From Promethearchaeota archaeon Loki_b32 (GTDB taxonomy: Archaea > Asgardarchaeota > Lokiarchaeia > Sigyniarchaeales > SOKP01): a DNA stretch of 53,413 nt. The stretch is from NCBI GenBank assembly GCA_005223125.1, contig NJBH01000028.1, positions 1 to 53,413 of the forward strand, written 5' to 3'. The position numbers and the translations under genes are program-made. Below the pieces are notes generated by a model. The model ran no database searches, was not told the origin of the DNA, and saw only the letters and a program-made list of their open reading frames with translations. Within the stretch, counting starts at the first letter, position 1, and every line of letters starts with the position of its first letter. Of this stretch, positions 18,752 through 27,303 are shown in pieces.

Positions 18752-18769
18752 GCTATAATCTATAAATTA

Positions 18770-18781
18770 TTTTTTTTTTTT
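18770..18781 (+). terminator. Oligo-T tract (T12) ending the vhu-hdr operon
   Basis: T run 19 nt after the hdrB stop. Confidence 0.55.
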
Positions 18782-18943
18782 AATTTTCTTTAACATTCTT
18801 ATTATGATTGTAAGATTTAAATAAGAAAGAATTATTTAATAAATTGGAATTTTATAATTTTGTATAATTAAACAAATCCACTGTATTTATCTTAGGGATT
18901 ATTAAAAATAAAAGAATAAAAATAATGGAGAGTTAATATAATA

Positions 18944-19738
18944 ATGTTTAATTTAAAGCGTGATGCTCCTTGGTTTTTTCAGCATCTCGAAAATTACTAC
19001 CACCTTTTTCTCAACGTGAGATTTACTAATGGAGTGAATGTTCGAAGAAATATAAAATTCTCAGTAGAATTAAATCTTCAAGGATTTGAAGGATTATTAT
19101 TTTATATGTACAAACCTGATATTAAGAAAGTAAGTTTCAACTTGTATAAACATTCAGTTGATCAAACACATGAAATAAGGGATCTTAATTTAGTTTTAAA
19201 CCAGGGAACAATGAATCCATTAGATTTTGTAATAATTCCATTTGGCTATTTTAAAGATGAACATAAATTCACTTTGGATATACGGAGTGATGATGTAGAA
19301 TCCAGCTTCGATTTATATTCATGGTCTCCATCCAATCTTTATAAAAATATTAAATCTGTAATCAAAATCGCAAATCAATATTCAGAATCAATTCCAATAG
19401 ATGATTATAGGGGCTATTACTTCCAATTTATAAGTGCATTTAAGGGGAACGAAACTGGAAGGCTTTTCGATTTAATAAATCTTCTCGTAGATTTTGATAA
19501 AAGTGTTGATGAGATTGATAATTCTCCTATGTTTGAGGCAATGGATTCAGAGATAAAAAATCTAGTGTCAAAAAGTAACGAGTTTTTATTCGAATTATGC
19601 CACACTTCCGTTCCTTTGGATGTAAAAAATATAGTGAGAGAGTTAGAAAGATTAAAATTCAATATTGATAGTCTATCAAAAGAAGAGATTTTTAATTGGC
19701 TAGACGACCTAATAGCCTTCTACTCGGGTAAATCCTAA
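18944..19738 (+). CDS. Hypothetical protein
   Basis: 264-aa ORF with a GGAG leader; no motif recognised. Confidence 0.65.
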   Translation: MFNLKRDAPWFFQHLENYYHLFLNVRFTNGVNVRRNIKFSVELNLQGFEGLLFYMYKPDIKKVSFNLYKHSVDQTHEIRDLNLVLNQGTMNPLDFVIIPFGYFKDEHKFTLDIRSDDVESSFDLYSWSPSNLYKNIKSVIKIANQYSESIPIDDYRGYYFQFISAFKGNETGRLFDLINLLVDFDKSVDEIDNSPMFEAMDSEIKNLVSKSNEFLFELCHTSVPLDVKNIVRELERLKFNIDSLSKEEIFNWLDDLIAFYSGKS

Positions 19739-19807
19739 AAAGGATAATTTTATTTGTTCAATAATATTACATAAATTACTTGTTATAAAATTAAATAGAG
19801 AATTTTT

Positions 19808-20050
19808 ATGTGTTTAGCAATACCCGGAAAAATTTTAGAAATTGATGGTAATTCAGCATTAATAGATTTTGACGGGATTAAACAAAAAGTAATTATAGCT
19901 TTAATTCAGAATCCTGAGATAGGAAAATATGTTATTATTCATGCTGGCTATGCAATAGAAATGATGAATGAAAAAGATGCATTAGAAGCAATAGAACAAT
20001 GGAATGAACTTGCTGAAGAACAAAACTTAGACTTATCTGATATACTATAA
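19808..20050 (+). CDS. hypC: Hydrogenase maturation chaperone HypC
   Basis: MCLAIPG start and YVIIHAGYA. Confidence 0.97.
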   Translation: MCLAIPGKILEIDGNSALIDFDGIKQKVIIALIQNPEIGKYVIIHAGYAIEMMNEKDALEAIEQWNELAEEQNLDLSDIL

Positions 20051-20170
20051 ATTAATTTTCGAATTGGTAAAGAATATTTTGTGCTACAACATCCCATAAA
20101 TGAGCTTGCTTTATACTTTCAATGTTTAAGAATAAACAATTAAAAAGAAGTTAATTAAGAATTTAAGTAG

Positions 20171-20974
20171 CTATAGATCAAATAATTCTTGCTTCAATTT
20201 CTTTAATTTTTCATAAAGAGATTTTATAGATAAAATTCCATTGGAATTTGAATTAAAATCAACAGGGGATTTACCTTCTAAATCAGCTTTCCCAATATCT
20301 GGGTCAAAGGGAATTGAATGAAAAAGGGGAACTTCCCAATTTTTTATTTTTTGATTAATAATCTCTTTTTGTGGGTCATCTGTTATTTTATTTGCAATTA
20401 AATAAATATTGATGACTCCTAATTTTTTTGATAACTCAATTATTTTCTTGCAGAGATCTAGAGATTTTTGAGAAGGTTCTGTGATTACCAGCATTAAATC
20501 AATTCCTTTTGCAGTGCCACGTCCTAAATGCTCAATACCAGCTTCAAAATCAACAATTACGACTTCATCTCTTTTCACAAACAAATTGTATAATAAAGTT
20601 CTTATTAAAGCATTTTCAGGACATAAACATCCCGTAGCAGGCTCTTCAATACCACCTAAAACCAATAATTGTAATCCATCTGGGCCTGATACCTTATATT
20701 TATCAGGAATATCAGACACTTCTGGGTTTATATTATAGACTCCAGGACCCGCACTCTTTAAAAAAGTTCTTTCCTCTATCATTGACTTCATTTCTTTAAT
20801 CGGAACAATTTTTTCTTTAGTATTCTCATCAATACCTAAAGTATAGCTAAGATTCATTGCTGAATCGTTATCAATTGCAAGAACCTTAAATCCATCTTTT
20901 GCAAACAACCTTGCTAAAATACCTGCAACTAAAGTTTTTCCAACGCCACCCTTTCCACTGACTGCGATTTTCAT
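20171..20974 (-). CDS. cooC: CooC/AcsF-type nickel insertion ATPase
   Basis: MKIAVSGKGGVGKT, GCLCPEN (CxC) and DFEAGIEHLGRGT. Start moved to ATG 20974. Confidence 0.92.
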   Translation of the reverse strand: MKIAVSGKGGVGKTLVAGILARLFAKDGFKVLAIDNDSAMNLSYTLGIDENTKEKIVPIKEMKSMIEERTFLKSAGPGVYNINPEVSDIPDKYKVSGPDGLQLLVLGGIEEPATGCLCPENALIRTLLYNLFVKRDEVVIVDFEAGIEHLGRGTAKGIDLMLVITEPSQKSLDLCKKIIELSKKLGVINIYLIANKITDDPQKEIINQKIKNWEVPLFHSIPFDPDIGKADLEGKSPVDFNSNSNGILSIKSLYEKLKKLKQELFDL

Positions 20975-21114
20975 GATTAATTTATAAGTAATTCGAAATG
21001 AATTAAATTTTTTATTTATAAGTTCAAATAATTTGAAATAAAATACCATAATAGAATAATATTAAACAAACTGAATCTAATAATACATAAGATTTACAAA
21101 GAAAATAATATAGA

Positions 21115-21855
21115 ATGCCAATTATTCAAGAATTACTAAGAGACAATTATTCCTTTGAACAAGCAGAATCCATCCAAATTAAATATCATAATTTAATTAC
21201 TCAAGCATTAAAGAACAATTATATTAATAACTTTGAGTTAATTGAAACGATTGTGGGAGTAGATATCTCATATTTTAAAAAAGGAAATTATGAATATGGT
21301 ATTGCTTGTGCAGTGATTTGGAATTTAAACCAAAAGACTAAAATTGGTCATTATTTTACTAAAGATCGTATTAATTTTCCCTATAAACCAGGATTTTTAG
21401 GATTTCGCGAGTGTAAGATGTTAGCAAAAGTAATTTTAAAAATTCCAGATAAACCTGATATTATAATGTGTGATGGTCATGGGAAAATCCATCCAAAAAG
21501 ATTTGGTGAAGCAGTTCATCTTGGTTATGCCCTAAATATACCTAGCATAGGTATAGCAAAAAATCCATTCATTGGATATTCAGAATGGCATAAAATTGAG
21601 AAAATTAAAGGGAAAAAATCTCCAATATGGGCAGAAGATCCAAAAACTTTGACAGAAAAACAGCCTAATGAATTATTAGGATATGCCATGTGTTTAAACG
21701 ACGGTTCAAAACCGGTTTTTATTAGTGAGGGATATAAAACTAATCTGGATATTGCTTTAAAAATTAGTTTTTATACAAGCACAGCACACCGGCAACCTGA
21801 ACCCCTTTATTTGGCAAATTTCTTTTCAAGAAAAGAAGTTAATAACCATATTTAG
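21115..21855 (+). CDS. nfi: Endonuclease V
   Basis: VGVDISY, FPYKPGFLGFRE, DGHGKIHP, IGIAK and RQPEPL. Confidence 0.93.
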   Translation: MPIIQELLRDNYSFEQAESIQIKYHNLITQALKNNYINNFELIETIVGVDISYFKKGNYEYGIACAVIWNLNQKTKIGHYFTKDRINFPYKPGFLGFRECKMLAKVILKIPDKPDIIMCDGHGKIHPKRFGEAVHLGYALNIPSIGIAKNPFIGYSEWHKIEKIKGKKSPIWAEDPKTLTEKQPNELLGYAMCLNDGSKPVFISEGYKTNLDIALKISFYTSTAHRQPEPLYLANFFSRKEVNNHI

Positions 21856-21886
21856 CTGGGTTTAACGATTTTTCGCATTCTCTGGG
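21805..21886 (+). repeat. 82-bp direct repeat, copy 1 (3' end of nfi plus 3' end of the convergent neighbour)
   Basis: Ungapped manual alignment to 24483..24564 gives 68/82 identical. Confidence 0.85.
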
Positions 21887-22072
21887 GTTATAAAACTAAT
21901 CTCGATATTGTTCTAAAAGCTATATTATATTTAAGGAAACATAGCGCTAACAAGCGAGAATGTTCATTTAATCTCCTAAAACAAGAAGAACGATGGTTAA
22001 TAAATCACCGAGTATTGTGTCTTTTTAAAAGTTCTAAAAATCGTTTTTCTTTATCGAAATCTCTCTTCTTCA

Positions 22073-22142
22073 CATCAAAATGATACTGTTGAATACAAAA
22101 GAAGTCATCAAATCATCAAAATGATATTGTTGAATACAAAAG
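22073..22142 (+). repeat. 29-bp tandem duplication CATCAAAATGATA(C/T)TGTTGAATACAAAAG
   Basis: Copies at 22073-22101 and 22114-22142, one mismatch. Confidence 0.85.
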
Positions 22143-22406
22143 GAGAAAGAAATCTCCTTCGATAAACGCTCCTTGGCTGGTAATAGGCAAAGTGGTTAGA
22201 AGGTTTTGGGAATTATAATAATTCTTGCTAAAAGTATCTACATTAACAATATAATCGCAATATCCCGTAGAATCCCAGTTCATGTCAAATAGTACATCAG
22301 ATTCACATATATTTTTATATTATTTCTATAAAAATTGGGCTATTCAAATCTTAAATCAGAATCAAATTATTATTTATCTATACATACTCGAAAAAAAAAA
22401 TATTAA

Positions 22407-23492
22407 ATGATGAAATTGAGTAAAATGAATAATGATGTAATGATTCGATTTAGTAATCTCACAAAAAAATTTAAGGATTTTTATGCGGTATCTAATATTG
22501 ATTTAGAAATAAGAAAAGGAGAAATTGTAGGATTTCTTGGTCCTAACGGAGCAGGTAAATCCACCACAATGAAAATGCTGGCATATCTTTTAAAACCTAG
22601 TGAAGGTGAAATTTGGATTCGTAGCAATGGAGAATTGAAGAAATTGTCAAGCCATAATAAAGATTATTTGTTAGATAACATTGGATTTTTAATTGAAAAT
22701 CCTACTTTTTATGGAAATGTAACACCACGCTTAGTTCTGAAATATTTTGCAAAGCTCAAAGGATATCCAAGAAAACAAGTCAATAAGAGGGTTGAAGAAG
22801 TAATTGCTATTTTTGGAATGTCTGATTGGATTGATAAGAAAATTAAAACCTTTTCAAAAGGAATGCGTCAAAAAATCGGTGTTGCTTCTGCAATAATGCA
22901 TGATCCTGATATTGTTGTGTTGGATGAACCATCAACGGGTCTGGATCCACAAGCACGAAGAGAAGTACGTGATCTTATTTTAAAATTGAAGAAAATTGGA
23001 AAAACGATATTTCTAAGTAGTCATTTACTTTATGAAGTGAGTGAGGTTGCAGATAGAGTGGCTATAATTAATAACGGAAAATTAATTGCTTTTGACACTC
23101 TTGATAATTTAGAAGCAAAAGCGAAAAAAAGTATTATCCATTTTGAATTAATTAGGCAACCAGAAGAAAATATTGAAAATATGTTAAAAAACATTGAAGA
23201 AATAGTAACTCCTTTAACAGGGATTTCAACGGAATTAAATTGGGTTGATTATAATGAAGATTCAAAAGTATTTCAAATATTTTTCAATGGGCATCCTGAA
23301 AACCAATTAAATATTTTGGAAACTCTCTTAAAAAATAGATATAAGATTATCGAATTTTCAGTTCCTAAAGCAGGCTTACTTGAAAATCTATTTCTTGAGA
23401 TGGTTAATCCAGAAGGAAATCATGATTTCAATAATAATAGCCAAAATAACTTAAATAATTTAGAAAAAGAATTAATAATGGAGGTTCAATAA
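22407..23492 (+). CDS. ABC-2 type exporter, ATP-binding subunit
   Basis: GPNGAGKST, FSKGMRQK, VLDEP and SSH motifs. Confidence 0.95.
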   Translation: MMKLSKMNNDVMIRFSNLTKKFKDFYAVSNIDLEIRKGEIVGFLGPNGAGKSTTMKMLAYLLKPSEGEIWIRSNGELKKLSSHNKDYLLDNIGFLIENPTFYGNVTPRLVLKYFAKLKGYPRKQVNKRVEEVIAIFGMSDWIDKKIKTFSKGMRQKIGVASAIMHDPDIVVLDEPSTGLDPQARREVRDLILKLKKIGKTIFLSSHLLYEVSEVADRVAIINNGKLIAFDTLDNLEAKAKKSIIHFELIRQPEENIENMLKNIEEIVTPLTGISTELNWVDYNEDSKVFQIFFNGHPENQLNILETLLKNRYKIIEFSVPKAGLLENLFLEMVNPEGNHDFNNNSQNNLNNLEKELIMEVQ

Positions 23493-24404
23493 ATGTTATC
23501 TAATCCAAAACAAGATGAAATTGAGATTGAAGAATTCCACGTTGATAGACAAAAAGTAGGTCTTAGACGAGCCCTTACTCAAATACGTGATACGATAAGC
23601 TTTGAATTAAGAAGAAATCTTAATAGATTTTTAGTGATACTACTTGTTTATATAGGTTTTTTTATTTTAGGTGTTTTAATATTTGAATCAGCGGAAGCTT
23701 TAGGATTACCTATCGCCGCTGATTCTGCAGAGTACGTTAAAGGCTATCTAGAATTGAATTTTGGTTTCCTCATAGTTATAAGTGGTGCTGCGTTTGGGGG
23801 ATCTATAATTGCAGAAGATTATCATAAACAGACAAATAATTTATTATTTCCCAAATCAAGGAAAGCAAACATACTTATTGGTAGACTAATTGCACGGTAC
23901 TTATTAATGGCTGCTTGTTTACTGTTTTTTTATCTTCTGGTAGCTGGTATTACATTAATTAAATATGAAGAAATACCTTTAACCATATTTAATTCATTTG
24001 GATGGGCATTATATTTTTCATTTGCTATATTGAGTTTTATTACTATGCTAAGTAGCTTTATGAAAAATACTTCAATGACCATTATTATGGGTATTATGAT
24101 TACCATAATAGTGTTTGAAATGATACCAATGCTTATAAGCATGTCAGGAGTATTTGAAAAGAATGAGTTTCCACTGTTTTTTGTTCTTACATATTATGGA
24201 AGAATTGTATCAGAAAGTCTGGCAATGCCTAACCCACGCTATAGTGTTGAAACTATTCAAATGATGGATAGCGAACCAGTTGAAACTATGACTTGGTTAA
24301 CTCCTAGTGAAATAGGGGCTTTTTTTGGAATCTTAATTTATATAAGTATCCTCCTACTAATTGCATATCTTAGATACAAGAAAAGGCAAAGTAAAGGAGA
24401 ATAA
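23493..24404 (+). CDS. ABC-2 type exporter, permease
   Basis: Six TM segments and an SIIAEDY..T..LL..P motif; abuts the ATPase gene. Confidence 0.88.
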   Translation: MLSNPKQDEIEIEEFHVDRQKVGLRRALTQIRDTISFELRRNLNRFLVILLVYIGFFILGVLIFESAEALGLPIAADSAEYVKGYLELNFGFLIVISGAAFGGSIIAEDYHKQTNNLLFPKSRKANILIGRLIARYLLMAACLLFFYLLVAGITLIKYEEIPLTIFNSFGWALYFSFAILSFITMLSSFMKNTSMTIIMGIMITIIVFEMIPMLISMSGVFEKNEFPLFFVLTYYGRIVSESLAMPNPRYSVETIQMMDSEPVETMTWLTPSEIGAFFGILIYISILLLIAYLRYKKRQSKGE

Positions 24405-24482
24405 ACCTTTTTTTTTTATTTTTTCATCTATTTTTTTTTATTAAATTAAATTTAAATTAAACTTATATAGAAAGTTGATGAA

Positions 24483-24564
24483 CTTTATTTGGCAGATTAC
24501 CTTTCAAAAAAAGAAGTTAATAACCACATCTAGTTGGGTTTACCCATCTCTTGCATTTTTTGGG
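24483..24564 (+). repeat. 82-bp direct repeat, copy 2 (orphan nfi C-terminus LYLADYLSKKEVNNHI*)
   Basis: Matches 21805..21886; overlaps the stop of the 24530..24793 gene. Confidence 0.85.
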
Positions 24565-24793
24565 AAACTTTCATTAATTCACTAAATAATTTCGAATTTT
24601 CAACTGGATCTGTTGTTTCTAATAATTTTTCATTAAGTTCTTTCATTTTAATTGTTAATTCAATAAACTCTTTCGGTGGTTCTACTTGATAACGGTATTT
24701 TTTCTTACCTCTTTTAGTTATTTCAATGTAAACCCATTTTTCTGCTTTTTGACTCCAATTCCATCTTTTTGGTGTAAAAAGTCTCCTACCCAT
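24530..24793 (-). CDS. Small basic hypothetical protein
   Basis: 87-aa ORF with a Trp/Lys-rich N-terminus and a helical C-terminus. Confidence 0.65.
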   Translation of the reverse strand: MGRRLFTPKRWNWSQKAEKWVYIEITKRGKKKYRYQVEPPKEFIELTIKMKELNEKLLETTDPVENSKLFSELMKVSQKMQEMGKPN

Positions 24794-24889
24794 AATTAAA
24801 TATCCTGCTATTAAAGATCTGTAATTAGTTTAAAGAATAATAATTTATGAAGGCGTTGAAGTTTATTACAAATCTGTCAATGTGATTTC

Positions 24890-26476
24890 TTAGTTGGAAA
24901 AATCTTTTAAAATTTTTAGAGCAAGTTCTCTAACATCTACATCAACATCCCTTGAAAAATGTTTTAATAGTAATTTCAACTCATCATCTTTATCTTCAAA
25001 TTTACTTAGTGCTTTAATGATGCTATATCTTACTATCCAATCGTTATCATTTACCATCTCTAGAAAAGTATCATAAATTCTTTGATTTTTTAACACACTT
25101 AATATTTTTATAGCATTTCTTTTAATCTGATAATTAGCACTCTTTAAATCCTGGATTAGGTAATTAATCACTTTTTCTTTTTTAAAATCATCAAGGAGGT
25201 AATACATTCTAAAAAAAAGAGATTGCTGCATACGTTTTGTTAAACCCGGAACTTCAGGTAATTCATGATTGGTTCCCTCTCCTGCACTTATTTGCTTCTC
25301 TTTTAATTCAGTAATTGTTTGATTGAGGATTTGATTTTCTTTTTGAATTTTTAATAACTCTGTTTTAGTGTCATCGAATTCTTCTCTTAGTTCAGCAAAT
25401 TGTAAAGCATCCTCAGTTGAAACTATTACAGGTTTACTAGGCTTTTCTAATTGTTCTTGTAGATATTTAACTTGTGCTTCAAGATTTTCTATTTCCGACG
25501 TTAATGTATTTATTTTCTCATGAGCTAACCTTAAATCTTCCGCATCTGCTTTTTCTATTTGTTCTTGTAGATATTTAACTTGTGCCTCAAAATCTTCTAT
25601 TTCCAATGTTAGAGTATTTATTTTTTCATTGGCCAACCTTATATCTTCAGTATCTGCTTTTTCTATTTGTTCTTGCTGTCTAGCTTTTAATTCTTCAATT
25701 TCTGAGGTTAAAGCATTTGTTTTTTCATTAGCTAATTCTGCTTCTTTTGAAATTGCTTCTTCTACGCGTCCTTGAAAATTTGTTTTTAAAAATTCTAGTT
25801 CTGATGATAATTCATTTATTTTATCATTTGATAATTCTGATTCGTTCGAAATAGCTTCTTCCAATCGTTCTTGAAATCTAGCTTTTAAAGATTCTACTTC
25901 CATACGTAATAAACCATTTTCTTCCATTAATTGGAAGTTTAATCTTTTTATATTAATTAATTCTTCGTTTTCTATGGGTTCTTCCTCGTCCTCAATGAAA
26001 AGTTCATCTTCACTTAATCTTGATTCTAAATCTTCAAATTTATTTTGTAGAAATTCAATTTGATTTTTATAATCTTCATTCTCTTCTTTTAATTTGACAA
26101 TTCTAGTCTGAGCTTCGAGGAATTCTTTATTAGTTAATTTTAATTGACTTGAATCTTTATTGTTCTCAATAAATGCAGTGAGTTCATCAAATGTAACATT
26201 TAATTTTTCAATTTCAATCTCTTTTTCATTCAGTTCTTGACGTTGGGAGGTTATCATATCTTTTAAGATATCAATTTCACTAGGTAATTCTGCTTTTTCG
26301 ATTTCTTCATCTTTCATTTGACTCTGAAGATTTTGAATCAAGAGTTTCTGTTCTCTTATAGTAAAATTCATTCGATTTACTTCTTCTTTCATTGATTGAA
26401 TCTTTTGCTCTAATTCTGCATGTGATTTAGAATTTTTTTCAACAGTATTGATCATATCTTTCAAATCCCTGCTCAT
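24890..26476 (-). CDS. Long coiled-coil protein with internal tandem repeats and C-terminal HEAT repeats
   Basis: E/K/Q/L-rich heptads; HEAT-like IKRNAIKIL, DNDWIVRYSIIKAL and DVDVDVRELA. Confidence 0.8.
   Translation of the reverse strand: MSRDLKDMINTVEKNSKSHAELEQKIQSMKEEVNRMNFTIREQKLLIQNLQSQMKDEEIEKAELPSEIDILKDMITSQRQELNEKEIEIEKLNVTFDELTAFIENNKDSSQLKLTNKEFLEAQTRIVKLKEENEDYKNQIEFLQNKFEDLESRLSEDELFIEDEEEPIENEELINIKRLNFQLMEENGLLRMEVESLKARFQERLEEAISNESELSNDKINELSSELEFLKTNFQGRVEEAISKEAELANEKTNALTSEIEELKARQQEQIEKADTEDIRLANEKINTLTLEIEDFEAQVKYLQEQIEKADAEDLRLAHEKINTLTSEIENLEAQVKYLQEQLEKPSKPVIVSTEDALQFAELREEFDDTKTELLKIQKENQILNQTITELKEKQISAGEGTNHELPEVPGLTKRMQQSLFFRMYYLLDDFKKEKVINYLIQDLKSANYQIKRNAIKILSVLKNQRIYDTFLEMVNDNDWIVRYSIIKALSKFEDKDDELKLLLKHFSRDVDVDVRELALKILKDFSN
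25448..25880 (-). repeat. Intragenic tandem repeats (two 36-aa and two 33-aa units)
   Basis: TTGTTCTTGTAGATATTTAACTTGTGC at 25451 and 25559 (108-bp period). Boundaries approximate. Confidence 0.8.
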
Positions 26477-26681
26477 GATATCAACATCCGATCAATTTAT
26501 TTTTCTAAGAAATTAATCACACTTCTAATTTAATAATATTGGTAATATCTATAAATATTTAGTATTATCCATAGATTTCATATATGTTTAGATCTTATAT
26601 CTTACAGATTTAGAAACTGATCATATATTAACGTTAATTTAATTAAAGAAAAATAGATAATTTAAAATTTATTTAGTTTTT

Positions 26682-27158
26682 TCACAAAACTTTGATCTCA
26701 AGGATTTTATCCCCTTGTGCGATTGAGTCTACGATAGCTTGATCGGATGCACTAACAACTTTCCCGAATATTGTATGTTTATTATTTAACCATGGTGTCG
26801 GAACATGAGTTATGAATATTTGAGATCCATTTGTATTCGCTCCCGCATTTGCCATTGCTAAAATACCTGGTTTGTCAAACGTTCTCCCGCTTTGAAATTC
26901 ATCGGCAAATGGATAATCAATTTGTCGGCCTTGATAAGGAAAAGAACTAATACCCTTATCTTTTGGACCCCCTGTTCCACGGCCTAAAGGACATCCAACC
27001 TGAATCATAAAATTTGGGATAACACGATGAGATACAATTCCATTATAGAAATTTTGATTTGCTAAAAAAAGAAAGCTTGTAACAGTCATTGGAGCGTCAC
27101 TATCAAACAAATTTAGATTTATTTCGCCTTTATTTGTTACTATAATAACTCTCGTCAT
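26682..27158 (-). CDS. Cyclophilin-type peptidyl-prolyl cis-trans isomerase
   Basis: HRVIPNFMIQ, LAMANAG, TNGSQIFITH and WLNNKHTIFG. Confidence 0.95.
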   Translation of the reverse strand: MTRVIIVTNKGEINLNLFDSDAPMTVTSFLFLANQNFYNGIVSHRVIPNFMIQVGCPLGRGTGGPKDKGISSFPYQGRQIDYPFADEFQSGRTFDKPGILAMANAGANTNGSQIFITHVPTPWLNNKHTIFGKVVSASDQAIVDSIAQGDKILEIKVL

Positions 27159-27303
27159 ACAAGAAGAAAAGTTGAAATCTTTTTAATAATTATGTTTTTA
27201 GACATCTTTTCTAGAGATGTATTTTTAATCAATGAAAAATTTAAAAATAATTACAATAATTGAATTTTATACAAGTAGAATATATTTAATTTCAGATTCA
27301 AAA

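Noticed and set aside
22073-22142. Possible mini-CRISPR
   Set aside because: Only two copies with a 12-nt gap, too short for a spacer; no cas genes.
27232-27303. Longer track N-termini of acd, and likewise cooC (21049) and tusA (14254)
   Set aside because: The extensions are AT-rich upstream sequence; family similarity begins at the downstream ATGs.
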